From contig CAVQNG010000003.1 of the NCBI GenBank assembly GCA_963713825.1, forward strand, positions 1,839,116 through 1,903,115: a stretch of 64,000 nucleotides of DNA, read 5' to 3'. The first letter of the stretch is position 1; each line of letters begins with the position of its first letter. Below, in pieces: positions 10,301 through 19,995 of this stretch. Position numbers and translations under genes: made by a program. The notes beneath the pieces are model-generated. The model was not told where the DNA came from, made no database searches, and saw only the letters and a list, made by a program, of their open reading frames with translations. Origin of the DNA: an uncultured Acidobacteriota bacterium. GTDB taxonomy: Bacteria; Acidobacteriota; Thermoanaerobaculia; Multivoradales; JAHEKO01.

Positions 10301-11737
10301 CTACCTGGTGACGAAATAGGACCGGCGAAGCGAACGGGTCTGCCCTTGGCTCTGCCAGGCGAATTCGAGTGTGAAGCGGCGGTGCTGGGGGCCAGCCGGC
10401 CGAATGCGGTTCCTCGGGATGATGATCAGATGGCGTCCCTCGCCCGAAGCAGGGAAGTCCGAAGTGTCGGTGGGACCGCCTTGTAGATCAGTGACACGGA
10501 CAGTCGCGTCGGGCAGTGGATCGCCACCGGAGTCGAGCGCGACCAGGCGCACACGGACGTTCGTGACCGACGTTCGCAGGGCGTCCTCCGCGTCGACTGC
10601 TCCGTAGACGAAGGGGGCCAGCGGAAGCCCTCCCAACAGGTGCCGCAGCAGGTTACGTCCACCAGGATTGCGCCACAGGGTCGAGTGTGGGTTGGTCTTG
10701 CCGCCATGATCCCGTCCGACGGGGACGTGATAGGTGGCGACGTCGGCGCCGCGAAGCCAGTTCGCCGAGACGCGGGGCACAGTGGCATCGCCGCCTCCTT
10801 GGAGGTCGTCTCCCTCTTCGTTCACGAAGACGACATCCAACTGCTCCGGTGGTCCGGTCATCACCGCCCGCACCGCAGTCTCGGCCCCCCATCCGACAAC
10901 GTTCGTCACAGGGATCGAGTGCCCTCCCAATCGGAGTGACGGCGTGCGCTGACCGAGAGTGGAGTCGGCTGCGTCGGCCCTCATGTCCATCTGGTCTTCC
11001 AGATCCGGTGTGAACCAGCCTCGTTTGAGTAGGGGAGTCACCTGCCTCCCTGCCCCGTCGATCGCCAAACGAAGGGGCCGCCCCTGGTCGTCTTCCATGA
11101 CGGTCTTATCCGGGTCGGGAGGTAGGAGGTCGAAGGCCGCCCAGCTGAGGGACACCACCCTTTTCGTTTCGGGCTTGGTCAAGAGCGGTCCGAACCCATT
11201 CGTACCAGTGAGGAAGAGCAGGGACTTCAATGTACCCGCCCAGGGCACCCCGAAACCGATGACGCGTTCGACCATTCCCAGGAAGGCGTTGTCGTTCTTG
11301 TGGCTTTCGAGTAGATAGCGCGCCACCAGGCCGCCAGTCGAGTGGGCGATGATCGTGACCGGTGCCTGGGCTTGTTGAGCTTCCTTCTCGATCGCCTGCT
11401 CGAGCCGAGCCTGCATGCCGACGTCGAATATCGGCCGACGCCAGTCCCACCCGAACCGGACCGGCTCGATGCCGATTGTGCTGAGAATGTTGTACAGAGA
11501 GTCGGCCTGCTTGGCGAGATCGAAGAACAGGAAGTTGGCCAGCCGCCGAATCGGCTCCCCGGCGACGAGCGGGTCGAGAGCGGCCAGGTCGTCCGGCGCC
11601 TCGAGCTGCTTCAGGATGCGCTTCTTGGAGGCGGGGTGGAGCAGTCCAGGGATGTTGAGAAAGACCTTCTTCCCCGTGTCTCGCTCCAGGATGTGGGTCC
11701 CGGGATAGCCTGGAATAAACAGCACGGGCTTGGGCAT
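10301..11737 (-). CDS. LCAT-like lipase/acyltransferase
   Basis: VLFIPGYPGT, WDWRR, IAHSTGG, GVPWAGT, GDATVP motifs. Confidence 0.8.
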   Translation of the reverse strand: MPKPVLFIPGYPGTHILERDTGKKVFLNIPGLLHPASKKRILKQLEAPDDLAALDPLVAGEPIRRLANFLFFDLAKQADSLYNILSTIGIEPVRFGWDWRRPIFDVGMQARLEQAIEKEAQQAQAPVTIIAHSTGGLVARYLLESHKNDNAFLGMVERVIGFGVPWAGTLKSLLFLTGTNGFGPLLTKPETKRVVSLSWAAFDLLPPDPDKTVMEDDQGRPLRLAIDGAGRQVTPLLKRGWFTPDLEDQMDMRADAADSTLGQRTPSLRLGGHSIPVTNVVGWGAETAVRAVMTGPPEQLDVVFVNEEGDDLQGGGDATVPRVSANWLRGADVATYHVPVGRDHGGKTNPHSTLWRNPGGRNLLRHLLGGLPLAPFVYGAVDAEDALRTSVTNVRVRLVALDSGGDPLPDATVRVTDLQGGPTDTSDFPASGEGRHLIIIPRNRIRPAGPQHRRFTLEFAWQSQGQTRSLRRSYFVTR

Positions 11738-11828
11738 GGCTTCTCCCTAGATCAAGAGACCGACTCGGTCATTCGACTTTGGGCATCGAGCACCGGCAGC
11801 TGGTTGGACATGACCTTCAGGTCCTCCT

Positions 11829-12452
11829 CTACCTTTCGATGGCTGCTTGCTGCAGGCCGCTTCGAGTCTGCTCCAGAGCCTGATCGAAGGCCTGATAGAG
11901 CTGCTCGACGATGCCGGCAACCGTCTCGTTGCTACCTGTGGCCGAACCTTCGACCACCCCGGACCACAGCGTCTTGCCATCGCGCTCGACCAGCCTCAGC
12001 TCGAGGGCCAGTCGGGCCAGTTGCTGGCCGGGTACGTCGATCTCTTCGAGATAGATAACGCGGCCCCGAAGGAACGCCGAGTAGTCGCCACTCGAAGTCA
12101 CCGGCTCGATGCGGTCGATCCCGGGTGTACCTTGTAGACCCTCGGCCATGGACACGGCGACCAGGTCGCCCAGAGGGGCCGCCCAGCGGTGGTAGGTGTA
12201 GAAGCCAACCTCGACCGCATCGGTTCCCAGTCGATACACCAGTTGGTCCCGATCGTACGGTGGGTCGACGGTGAAGGGCTCGACACCGATTCGCAGGCCG
12301 GTCGAGTCACTCGAAGGGGTGGCAACTTCTGTTGCCGTATTCGTCGGGGCGAGGACGTAGTAGTGAGTCGTTGGGGCCGAGCTGCAGGCGCCGAGTAGCG
12401 AGACAGCCAACGAGGTGGCCCACAGCAGCGAGATCAGCTTCGATTGCCTCAT
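11829..12452 (-). CDS. PqiC-like ABC-transport auxiliary lipoprotein
   Basis: Lipobox LLGAC; THYYVL and HRWAAP motifs; overlaps the end of the MCE gene. Confidence 0.8.
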   Translation of the reverse strand: MRQSKLISLLWATSLAVSLLGACSSAPTTHYYVLAPTNTATEVATPSSDSTGLRIGVEPFTVDPPYDRDQLVYRLGTDAVEVGFYTYHRWAAPLGDLVAVSMAEGLQGTPGIDRIEPVTSSGDYSAFLRGRVIYLEEIDVPGQQLARLALELRLVERDGKTLWSGVVEGSATGSNETVAGIVEQLYQAFDQALEQTRSGLQQAAIER

Positions 12453-13402
12453 CGATCCACTCCTTCCCCGGGCTTGCGATCCGGCCCTTTCGAATTGCGC
12501 ACCAGGGCCGATGGGCGCTCCTTGATCGACTCCGTGAATGCCTTCAGATTGGCTGTGGCCAGTCGCAGGTCACGCACCATGGCTTCGAGCTCTCCTTGGT
12601 TCATCTCCATCGAGCTGACACTGTCGCCGGCGGAGTCCAGAAGGGAAGACAGTCGATCGCCGTCCGGCCCCAGGGCGGTTCGCAGGTCTCCCACCAACCC
12701 CTGCAGGTCGGTGGTCAGGTCCGGGATACCCGCAACTCCGGTTTCCAGCTCGGCAGATAGATCATCGAGTCGCGTCATCAGCGATGTCAGCCGCGGACCC
12801 GCCTCTTGCATCGTGTCGCGCATCGCCGTCAGGCTCTCACTGATCGAGGCCAGATTCTGGTCTGACATCAGGAGCTCGAAACGCTCCAAAAGTGGTCCCG
12901 TACTTGCGGAAAGGCTCTGCAGCAAAGCCGTCATCTCGTCGAGAGCCACGCCGGCGCGATCCGATAGCTCACCGAAACCACTCATGGCGTCGGCGGTGCT
13001 GACCATTTCGAGACCCACGATCGGCGTATCAGGGGGCAGCGCCGGCTCGCCCGATGGCCCGGTGTCGATCTCGAGATAAGGGCTGCCGAGAAGACCATCC
13101 GTTGTCAGCCTCGCCGAGGCGGCATCGGTGACCAAGATGTCGGCGTCGAGTCCGATCCGGAAGAGCACCGGCCACTCTGTGCCCGGCCGCAGGTCGACGT
13201 CCTGGACCCGGCCCACTTCCATTCCAGCGACGCGGACCGGATCCCCTTGGCGCACGCCTCCAGAGCTCTTCATGAGGACTTCGTAGGTTGCTCTTTCGGT
13301 GCCTCCGGGGTGGAATCCAGCCACCCACAGGGAGCCAACGACGAGAATTGCCAGAGCGATGATCACAAACAGTCCGGCACGAATGGTGCTCGTATCTTTC
13401 AT
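12449..13402 (-). CDS. mlaD: MCE/MlaD-family substrate-binding protein
   Basis: N-terminal TM; GDPVRVAGMEVGRV MCE motif; GLLGSPYLEI; helical tail. Confidence 0.85.
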   Translation of the reverse strand: MKDTSTIRAGLFVIIALAILVVGSLWVAGFHPGGTERATYEVLMKSSGGVRQGDPVRVAGMEVGRVQDVDLRPGTEWPVLFRIGLDADILVTDAASARLTTDGLLGSPYLEIDTGPSGEPALPPDTPIVGLEMVSTADAMSGFGELSDRAGVALDEMTALLQSLSASTGPLLERFELLMSDQNLASISESLTAMRDTMQEAGPRLTSLMTRLDDLSAELETGVAGIPDLTTDLQGLVGDLRTALGPDGDRLSSLLDSAGDSVSSMEMNQGELEAMVRDLRLATANLKAFTESIKERPSALVRNSKGPDRKPGEGVDR

Positions 13403-14193
13403 TGGCCTGTAATCCAGTGTCGGTAGCGCTCGCCATGCTCGGCGGCAATTTCGGTTTCACGGTCGAGGAAGCGGCGAACGATGCTGTTGGTCGAGGCCTT
13501 GATCTCGTCCGGTGTGCCAATCGCCAGGATGCGCCCCCGGTCGATCAGCGCAATGCGCTCGCCAACTGCGAAGGCGCTCTCGAGCTCGTGCGTGACCACG
13601 ATCAAGGTGACGTCAAAGACCTCTCGCAAGCGAATCAGCAACTGGTCGAGGCCTGCCGAGGTCACAGGGTCGAGGCCCGCGGACGGCTCGTCGGCGAAGA
13701 GGATCTGAGGGTCGAGAGCCATGGCACGAGCGAAGGCGACCCGCTTGCGCATCCCACCCGAGAGCTCGGACGGATACAAGTCGGCGGTTCCTTCCAGGCC
13801 CACCAGGGCCAGTTTGATTCGCACGATGAGCTCGCGCGTCGTCTTCGGCAGATCGGTGAGCTCCTCGAGAGGCAGATCGATGTTCTCGCCCACCGTCATG
13901 GAGGTGAAGAGGGCTCCTGCCTGGAACGCCACTCCCATCGACTGTCGCAGCCGAGCCAGCTCCTGGCGTTTGGCCCGAAACAGATTGGTGCCCGCCACGA
14001 TTACCTCTCCTTCATCGGGCTCTTCGAGGCCGATCAGGCAGCGCAGCAGGGTGCTCTTGCCGCTACCGCTGGATCCCAGGATGATCAACGTCTCGCCAGT
14101 CTCGATCTCGAGATCGATGCCGTCCAGCACGGTCTTTTCACCGAAGCTCTTGTGCAGGCCACGAGCCTCGATGATGGTTGTTGCCGGACTCAA
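13399..14193 (-). CDS. mlaF: MlaF-like ABC transporter ATPase
   Basis: GSSGSGKST Walker A; LSGGMRKR signature; DEPSAGLDP. Confidence 0.9.
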   Translation of the reverse strand: MSPATTIIEARGLHKSFGEKTVLDGIDLEIETGETLIILGSSGSGKSTLLRCLIGLEEPDEGEVIVAGTNLFRAKRQELARLRQSMGVAFQAGALFTSMTVGENIDLPLEELTDLPKTTRELIVRIKLALVGLEGTADLYPSELSGGMRKRVAFARAMALDPQILFADEPSAGLDPVTSAGLDQLLIRLREVFDVTLIVVTHELESAFAVGERIALIDRGRILAIGTPDEIKASTNSIVRRFLDRETEIAAEHGERYRHWITGQ

Positions 14194-14999
14194 GTTTGGC
14201 CCCTCAGGTAGAGGATCGCTGTCACGAAGAGGTCCGCGGCGATGATGAGGACGATGGATCGCACCACCGCGCGCGTCGTCGACCGGCCGACCTCGTCAGC
14301 GCCGCCCTCCGTGTCGAGGCCCTGCTGACAGGAGACGAGCCCGATGATGGCGCCAAAGACCACGGCCTTGAGCACGCCGCCCCAGACATCCTGTTGAACC
14401 AGCGCGGCGAGGCTATCCGTGAGATAGCCATGAGCACCGAGGCCGAGAACGAAGACCCCGACCCCACAACCGCCCAGGATCCCCAAAAGGCCACTGAAGA
14501 TGGTGAGCGCCGGTACTGCCACAATCAGGCTGATCATCCGGGGTACCACCACCAGACTCACCGGGTCGATCCCCATGACGGTGAGCGCGTCGATCTCCTG
14601 GGAGATCTTCATGGTGCCCAATTCCGCCGTGATGGCCGAGCCGACGCGACCGGCCACCAGGATGGCTGTGAGCAACGGAGCCAGCTCGCGTGTCATGGAG
14701 ACCGCTACCAGATTGGCCACCAGATTCGTCACCCCCATCTGACGCAGCTGATAGGCCGACTGGAGCGCCAGAATCATGCCAATGAGGAGCGAGATCAACG
14801 CCACGAGGGCCAGCGAGCTGTTGCCAGCCGCAGTGATTTGTCCCGCTGTGGTGTTGACCCGCAGCCGGCCACCGCGCAGCGGCACCATGATGGTGCGTAC
14901 CAGAGCCGTCGAACCGACCTGCCACAGACGGCCGGCGTCGTGAAGGAACGCCAGCACCCTGGAACCGGACCAGGTCAGGATCTGGGTCAGCATTCTCAA
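14190..14999 (-). CDS. mlaE: MlaE-family ABC permease
   Basis: RELAPLLTAILVAGRVGSAITAELGTM...EIDAL signature. Confidence 0.92.
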   Translation of the reverse strand: MRMLTQILTWSGSRVLAFLHDAGRLWQVGSTALVRTIMVPLRGGRLRVNTTAGQITAAGNSSLALVALISLLIGMILALQSAYQLRQMGVTNLVANLVAVSMTRELAPLLTAILVAGRVGSAITAELGTMKISQEIDALTVMGIDPVSLVVVPRMISLIVAVPALTIFSGLLGILGGCGVGVFVLGLGAHGYLTDSLAALVQQDVWGGVLKAVVFGAIIGLVSCQQGLDTEGGADEVGRSTTRAVVRSIVLIIAADLFVTAILYLRGQT

Positions 15000-15391
15000 T
15001 GCTTGATCTGCTGATGGACATCGTCCATACAGCCGAAACAGCGCATCAGGGCTTCCTCGAAGCCGGCGAGCTTGAAGACTCTTGTCACCGCGTCGTTGGC
15101 CCCTACCAGAAAGAGCGCGGGACCCTGCTCGTAAGTCATCCTCAGGCCCTCGAGCAGCACCGCCATGGCGGCCGTGTCGAACCGGTCCACCTTGCTGAGC
15201 TCGACGACGAGATTGCGGTCCGGGTGGGCTTCGATGGCCTCGAATAGCTGGCGCCGCAGCTCTGGAGCCTCACGGAATGTCACTGACCCCTGTAGGGTCA
15301 GCATTGCCGTGTATGTGCCGGCCTGAGGTTCGTAGTCGATCTCGAACCGAGGCGGATCAACGAGTGTTTGCATGCCGTGCGAGTCTACCAT
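14996..15391 (-). CDS. STAS domain protein (MlaB-like)
   Basis: VVELSKVDRFDTAAMAVL STAS motif; overlaps the mlaE start. Confidence 0.8.
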   Translation of the reverse strand: MVDSHGMQTLVDPPRFEIDYEPQAGTYTAMLTLQGSVTFREAPELRRQLFEAIEAHPDRNLVVELSKVDRFDTAAMAVLLEGLRMTYEQGPALFLVGANDAVTRVFKLAGFEEALMRCFGCMDDVHQQIKH

Positions 15392-15445
15392 CGGCTCCAG
15401 CGCCTGGCTCTCGGCGGGGTCCAGACTGGAGGCGCCCGTCGATTC

Positions 15446-16180
15446 CTATTTGACTTCCTCGAAGACGCTCATTGTCTCGTCCTTGACACCATCTTCGGTT
15501 TTGGCCTGTGCCCCTGCAGGGGAGGCAAGAAAGGTCTGAAACGCCTCCATGTCCTCGACATCGATCATCAGCTCGACGAGATTGGGATTGTCGGAATTCT
15601 GAAAGACCCGGACATGTGGCGCCCCATGTTGTGCGAACAGCTCGTGCCGGCTGTCCTCACCCTGCCAAGAGGCCAGCCAGCGATCGGCATCTTCCACCTC
15701 ATGCGCGATGGCCAGGGTCGTGCCGCCTGAGCCTCGAGCCGGGAGGTCACTACTGAACTGGTCGTTGCTGATCTTCCACTCGCCATCGACAAGTCGCCAG
15801 GTCTCGATGAACTTCCCCTGGTCGGCAGTCGTGCCATCGGCTGTCATCAGCGTGTAGGTCCCAACGTGATAGCCGATGTCGCCGGCTGCCCTGATCTCGA
15901 TGGTCTCGATCCCGCCTCCGAGGCCGGCGTCGATCATTTCACCGAAGATTGCCCGAACAGCGTCGTGACCGACTGCGAGCTCAGCGTTTGGCGGTAGTAC
16001 CCGGGCGTCAGCCCAATAGGTCGCTACTACGCCTTCGACGTCACCTGCGTTGAGGGCCGTTAACCAGCCCTCGGCAGCTGCGGCTATTTCAGGGCTATCC
16101 TGTGATCCCTGCGGGGCAGGGGCACAGGCGGCCACACCGACGATCACAAGTAATGCTGTTGTCAGATTCAAGAACTTCAT
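15446..16180 (-). CDS. Lipoprotein with NTF2/DUF4440-like domain plus a small C-terminal domain
   Basis: Lipobox VAAC; GKFIETWRLVDGEWKI. Confidence 0.75.
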   Translation of the reverse strand: MKFLNLTTALLVIVGVAACAPAPQGSQDSPEIAAAAEGWLTALNAGDVEGVVATYWADARVLPPNAELAVGHDAVRAIFGEMIDAGLGGGIETIEIRAAGDIGYHVGTYTLMTADGTTADQGKFIETWRLVDGEWKISNDQFSSDLPARGSGGTTLAIAHEVEDADRWLASWQGEDSRHELFAQHGAPHVRVFQNSDNPNLVELMIDVEDMEAFQTFLASPAGAQAKTEDGVKDETMSVFEEVK

Positions 16181-16344
16181 CTCAACCCCCTTAGACGTAA
16201 ATGCAAACCGAGCCACGAACCGACGCGGCCGGCAGACAGTTGTTCACCGTCTTTCGTACGAATTGTTGACGACAGCCTATCCGATCCACCGGCGAGATGC
16301 ACTCGCGGTGGCGGCACCGCCACATCGTGGGGAGGCTTTGGGCC

Positions 16345-16860
16345 TTACTGGATCGACAGAATCTGGATGTCGAAGTTCAGCGTCTGCCCAGCCAACGGAT
16401 GATTGAAGTCCAGGATGATGGTTTCTTCCTTCACCTCGTGGACGCGAACTGGATGTTCCTGCCCATCAGGACCGGCAGCCATCAGCATGATGCCCGGAGT
16501 TCTGGCGTCCTCGGGTAGCTTGTCCATCGGGACTTCCTGGAAAGCCTCGGGGTTGACGGGGCCGTAGCCCTGCTCGGCGGTCAATTGGATCTGTTTCGAA
16601 TCACCGACTTTGGCTCCGAGAAGGGCCTCCTCGAGTGCGGGCAGGATCTCGCCGGTGCCCTGCGTGAAGGTGAGCGGATTGCCTCCGACATTGCTGTCGA
16701 CGGCCGTACCGTCCTCCAACGACAGGGTGTATTCGATGCCAACCGAGCTGCCGTCCTCGATCATTACGGTCTGATCATCCTGGGCCCGAATGGCTGCAGT
16801 GGCAAGAAGGGCCAACGCGAGGCCCGAAAGTGCGAGGCGAGAGATCGATGTGCGAAGCAT
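16345..16860 (-). CDS. SlyD/SlpA-type FKBP peptidyl-prolyl isomerase with N-terminal signal peptide
   Basis: LDFNHPLAGQTLNFDI signature; insert-in-flap domain; AAGGGG RBS before ATG 16860. Confidence 0.85.
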   Translation of the reverse strand: MLRTSISRLALSGLALALLATAAIRAQDDQTVMIEDGSSVGIEYTLSLEDGTAVDSNVGGNPLTFTQGTGEILPALEEALLGAKVGDSKQIQLTAEQGYGPVNPEAFQEVPMDKLPEDARTPGIMLMAAGPDGQEHPVRVHEVKEETIILDFNHPLAGQTLNFDIQILSIQ

Positions 16861-17065
16861 TACTTTCCCCTTGATCGGTCTGTGCTGGTAGGTGGCCCAG
16901 GCGTCCATGTCGAGGTGGGTGAGCACTGGGACGGGAACGCGGCGACTATCCGCGCCCGCATGGTAGCACTTCCGCTACCTACTGCGGTGTGGCCGACCAG
17001 ACATTCGTGTCGCCGGCTTCGGTAGAGACCGGCCTGCCCTCTGGCGTTGGAGAAGTGCCGGGCAC

Positions 17066-17845
17066 CTATTCAGACGGGTTTGAGCTCTGCGGATCTGTGG
17101 CACTCTCACGGATCGCCTCTACGAGGTGCTCGATGCTGAAGGCCACGACGATGCCGGAATTGCCTTTGGCGTAGAGGTCTTTGTAGATCTCGGCGTGCGG
17201 GTCGCGCAAGTCTTCTCTCTTGACCACGGGCAAAGCGTCCCAGCGATAGCCAATGAGGACTCCGGCAATACGGGGCTCCGACTCACCTTTGGGGTAGAAG
17301 ACGACGGGTCCGCCGGAGAAACCGGGATTGTTGTGACCATCGACGTAGAGGATGACGGCCCGCGGATTGCGGCTGTCGATGGCGGAGAGTATGCCTGTCT
17401 TGACGAAAGGAATCTCCGAGATCTGAGCACCGGAGGTTTCGGCTGTTCTCAGCCCGAACGGAAAGCCGATGAAATAGACCTGCTGAGCGAGCTCCAGTTG
17501 GTCTACCGTCGACCACGCTGTCGACTCGGGTGAGAGCCGCTCGTTCAAAGCAATGGCTACCGCCGCCACCTCACTGCTTTGCGGACGAATGGCTTTCCCG
17601 GTGAGGCTCTTCCAGCTGTTACCGAGCCAAAGATCGATGGTGCATTCCGGGCACCCTGCCGGGAGCAGGTGATCCACCGTAACCAGGTACTGCTGCGAGT
17701 CGATGTCGAGCGTGAAGGCCGTGCCGAACTCCTGGCCGATGCGAATTCGAAATACCCGGGTCAGGACCTCATTGGCCGGCAGTTGTCCCAGCGCCGCGGA
17801 CACTCCCGATAGAACAAGGACCAGAGCTAGTGAGAACTTGCGCAT
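17066..17845 (-). CDS. Secreted trypsin-like serine protease
   Basis: Signal peptide; GTAF, LVTVDH, NNPGFSGGPV. Confidence 0.8.
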   Translation of the reverse strand: MRKFSLALVLVLSGVSAALGQLPANEVLTRVFRIRIGQEFGTAFTLDIDSQQYLVTVDHLLPAGCPECTIDLWLGNSWKSLTGKAIRPQSSEVAAVAIALNERLSPESTAWSTVDQLELAQQVYFIGFPFGLRTAETSGAQISEIPFVKTGILSAIDSRNPRAVILYVDGHNNPGFSGGPVVFYPKGESEPRIAGVLIGYRWDALPVVKREDLRDPHAEIYKDLYAKGNSGIVVAFSIEHLVEAIRESATDPQSSNPSE

Positions 17846-17915
17846 CGAATACACCCCTTGCCATCGCATTCTGGATCGCAGGATACACCCTCACGGGTAT
17901 GGAATACTCACCGAC

Positions 17916-18836
17916 ATGGGCAAAGAGACTGTCTCGCCTCTTCCCCTGATCTTGCTCCTGGCGGTCGGCCTGATGAGTGTCGTCTCGCACGCCCAGGAGC
18001 TGACGCCACGGGCCTATTGGCCGGCGCCGAAGGGCACGAAGGTGATGACCTTCGCCTACCAGTACTCGACGGGCGACATCCTGATGGACCCATCGCTGCC
18101 GATCATCGGTGTGGACTCCAGGATCAACCTCACACAGTTCTCCTACCTGCAAACGATCAACCTGGCAGGCCGCACCGCCACCGTGCAGTTCAGCGTGCCC
18201 TACTCATGGGGGACGACGGAAGGTGTGGTCGATGGGGTGGATCGAAGTCGGTACGTCGCCGGGTGGGCCGACGCGCGGGCACGCCTGTCCGTCAATCTAC
18301 TGGGTGCGCCGACGATGGGCCCAGCCGAATTTCAGCAGCTGCGCGCCAATCCGCGACCCATCGTGGGGGCGAGTCTTCAGGTCTCGGTGCCGACCGGCGT
18401 CTACGAAGAAGAGAGACTGATCAACGTCGGAACCAATCGATGGGCGATCAAGCCCGCTGTCGGGTATATCCACCCGATAACGAAGACGTGGCTTTCCGAG
18501 CTCGATCTGGGCGTTTGGCTCTTCGGCGACAACGACGAGTTCCTGGGGTTGACGCGCGAGCAGGAGCCGATTGCATCAGGCGAGTTCCACCTGGTGAAGA
18601 GGGTCAAGCCCGGCTTCTGGTTCTCTTTGGATCTGAACTACTACTACGGTGGCCGAACCGTCATCGATGGCGACGAGAGGGCGGATCTACAGCGCAACTC
18701 GAGGGCCGGCCTCACCCTGATGTTTCCGTGGAAACGGCACCACGCACTCCGAGCTAGCGGCAGTGCTGGCACCGTCACCTCCTCTGGCGGTGATTTCGAC
18801 TTGTTCAGCCTGGTCTACATCTACGCCTGGAACTAA
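17916..18836 (+). CDS. Outer-membrane beta-barrel 'transporter' (MetA-pathway/phenol-degradation-like family)
   Basis: QELTPRAY start; VSVPTGVYEEERLINVGTNRW; aromatic C-terminus. Confidence 0.8.
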   Translation: MGKETVSPLPLILLLAVGLMSVVSHAQELTPRAYWPAPKGTKVMTFAYQYSTGDILMDPSLPIIGVDSRINLTQFSYLQTINLAGRTATVQFSVPYSWGTTEGVVDGVDRSRYVAGWADARARLSVNLLGAPTMGPAEFQQLRANPRPIVGASLQVSVPTGVYEEERLINVGTNRWAIKPAVGYIHPITKTWLSELDLGVWLFGDNDEFLGLTREQEPIASGEFHLVKRVKPGFWFSLDLNYYYGGRTVIDGDERADLQRNSRAGLTLMFPWKRHHALRASGSAGTVTSSGGDFDLFSLVYIYAWN

Positions 18837-18848
18837 CGCCAGATCTCG

Positions 18849-19820
18849 CTACTGCACCGTGGATGTCCACCCGGACATGTCACCGCTCTCGAAGCCGTCT
18901 GCAAACAGGGCCTTGGAGCTGGTCATCGACAGGCTCCAGTAGAGGCCGCCCGAGAGCGCTTCGTAGTCGTCGCCCGGCGGTGGTGCTGCTTGCCCCCAGT
19001 GGGGATGGCCGGATGCGTCCGTGCCCGCGCCCCATCCTACGACCGTGCCGTTGGATTTCCGGGCGAGGCCGTGAATGTAGCCGGCCGAGATCTCCACGAA
19101 GTCGTTACCGGCAGGTACCACGTCCAGATCGTGGTCCCAGGGGTCGTCGCCCCAGTGGACGATCGAGCCGTCGCTGGCCAGCGCCAGACAGTAGTCATGA
19201 CCGGCAGAGACTTGGGTATAGGTGCCGGAGGCGGGCTGTCCCGAGGTACCTCCCACGTAGCCCCAGCTGACCACAGTGAGGTTCGAGCGCAGGGCCACCG
19301 CATGCCTGTCTCCGGCGGCGACCTGAATGAAGTCGGTACCTGCCGGAACGTTGGTGACCTGACCGTAGTTGTCGTTGCCCCAAGCGACGATCGAACCGTT
19401 GGTGGCCAACGCCACGGCGTAGAACTCTCCGCCATCGACTGCCGTGTAGGTCCCCGCAGGAACAAGATCGACTCCATCCGGGTCATCACCCCAGTGGACG
19501 ATCGTGCCATCGTCCTGGATGGCCAGGCTGAAATCACCGCCCGCGCCGATCGCCTTGCACGTTCCGAGAGTCGCCGGGGGGACGTTCTGGCCATCGTGAT
19601 CCTGGCCCCATGCCACAACGGTGCCATCGGCCTTGAGGGCCACGCCGTGCTCGTCGCCTGCCGCGATGGCGATGAAGTCACTGCCGGCCGGCGTGTCGGT
19701 GACCTGATTGACGTAGTCCCCACCCCAGGCCCTGAGCTCGTAGCCCAGCGCGAATTGACTCGAGAAACCCAGCAATAGCAAGGAAACCAGAACTGCGAGC
19801 TGCTCTCTCGACACTCTCAT
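18849..19820 (-). CDS. Secreted RCC1/BLIP-II repeat protein with FADGFESGD tail
   Basis: Repeats such as IAAGDEHGVALKADGTVVAWG; signal peptide. Confidence 0.85.
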   Translation of the reverse strand: MRVSREQLAVLVSLLLLGFSSQFALGYELRAWGGDYVNQVTDTPAGSDFIAIAAGDEHGVALKADGTVVAWGQDHDGQNVPPATLGTCKAIGAGGDFSLAIQDDGTIVHWGDDPDGVDLVPAGTYTAVDGGEFYAVALATNGSIVAWGNDNYGQVTNVPAGTDFIQVAAGDRHAVALRSNLTVVSWGYVGGTSGQPASGTYTQVSAGHDYCLALASDGSIVHWGDDPWDHDLDVVPAGNDFVEISAGYIHGLARKSNGTVVGWGAGTDASGHPHWGQAAPPPGDDYEALSGGLYWSLSMTSSKALFADGFESGDMSGWTSTVQ

Positions 19821-19995
19821 GCGTCGCCTCCTCGAGGTAAAGGCGCGGGTTCGATACCGATGCCTGGCAAGGCAGTGCCGACCTGAAACGCTCGGCCGGC
19901 ACCTCTGAAAGGTACCTTTGATCTAGCGGGGTGTCACTACCCGTTTGGGGAGGTTGCCCTCAGTGGGATGAGGCAGGTCTCCTGACTCGAGTCCA

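Noticed and set aside
19825-19990. Possible structured RNA upstream of the RCC1-repeat gene
   Set aside because: Only an isolated hairpin (GTGCCGACC...GGCCGGCAC); no recognisable riboswitch consensus or second copy.
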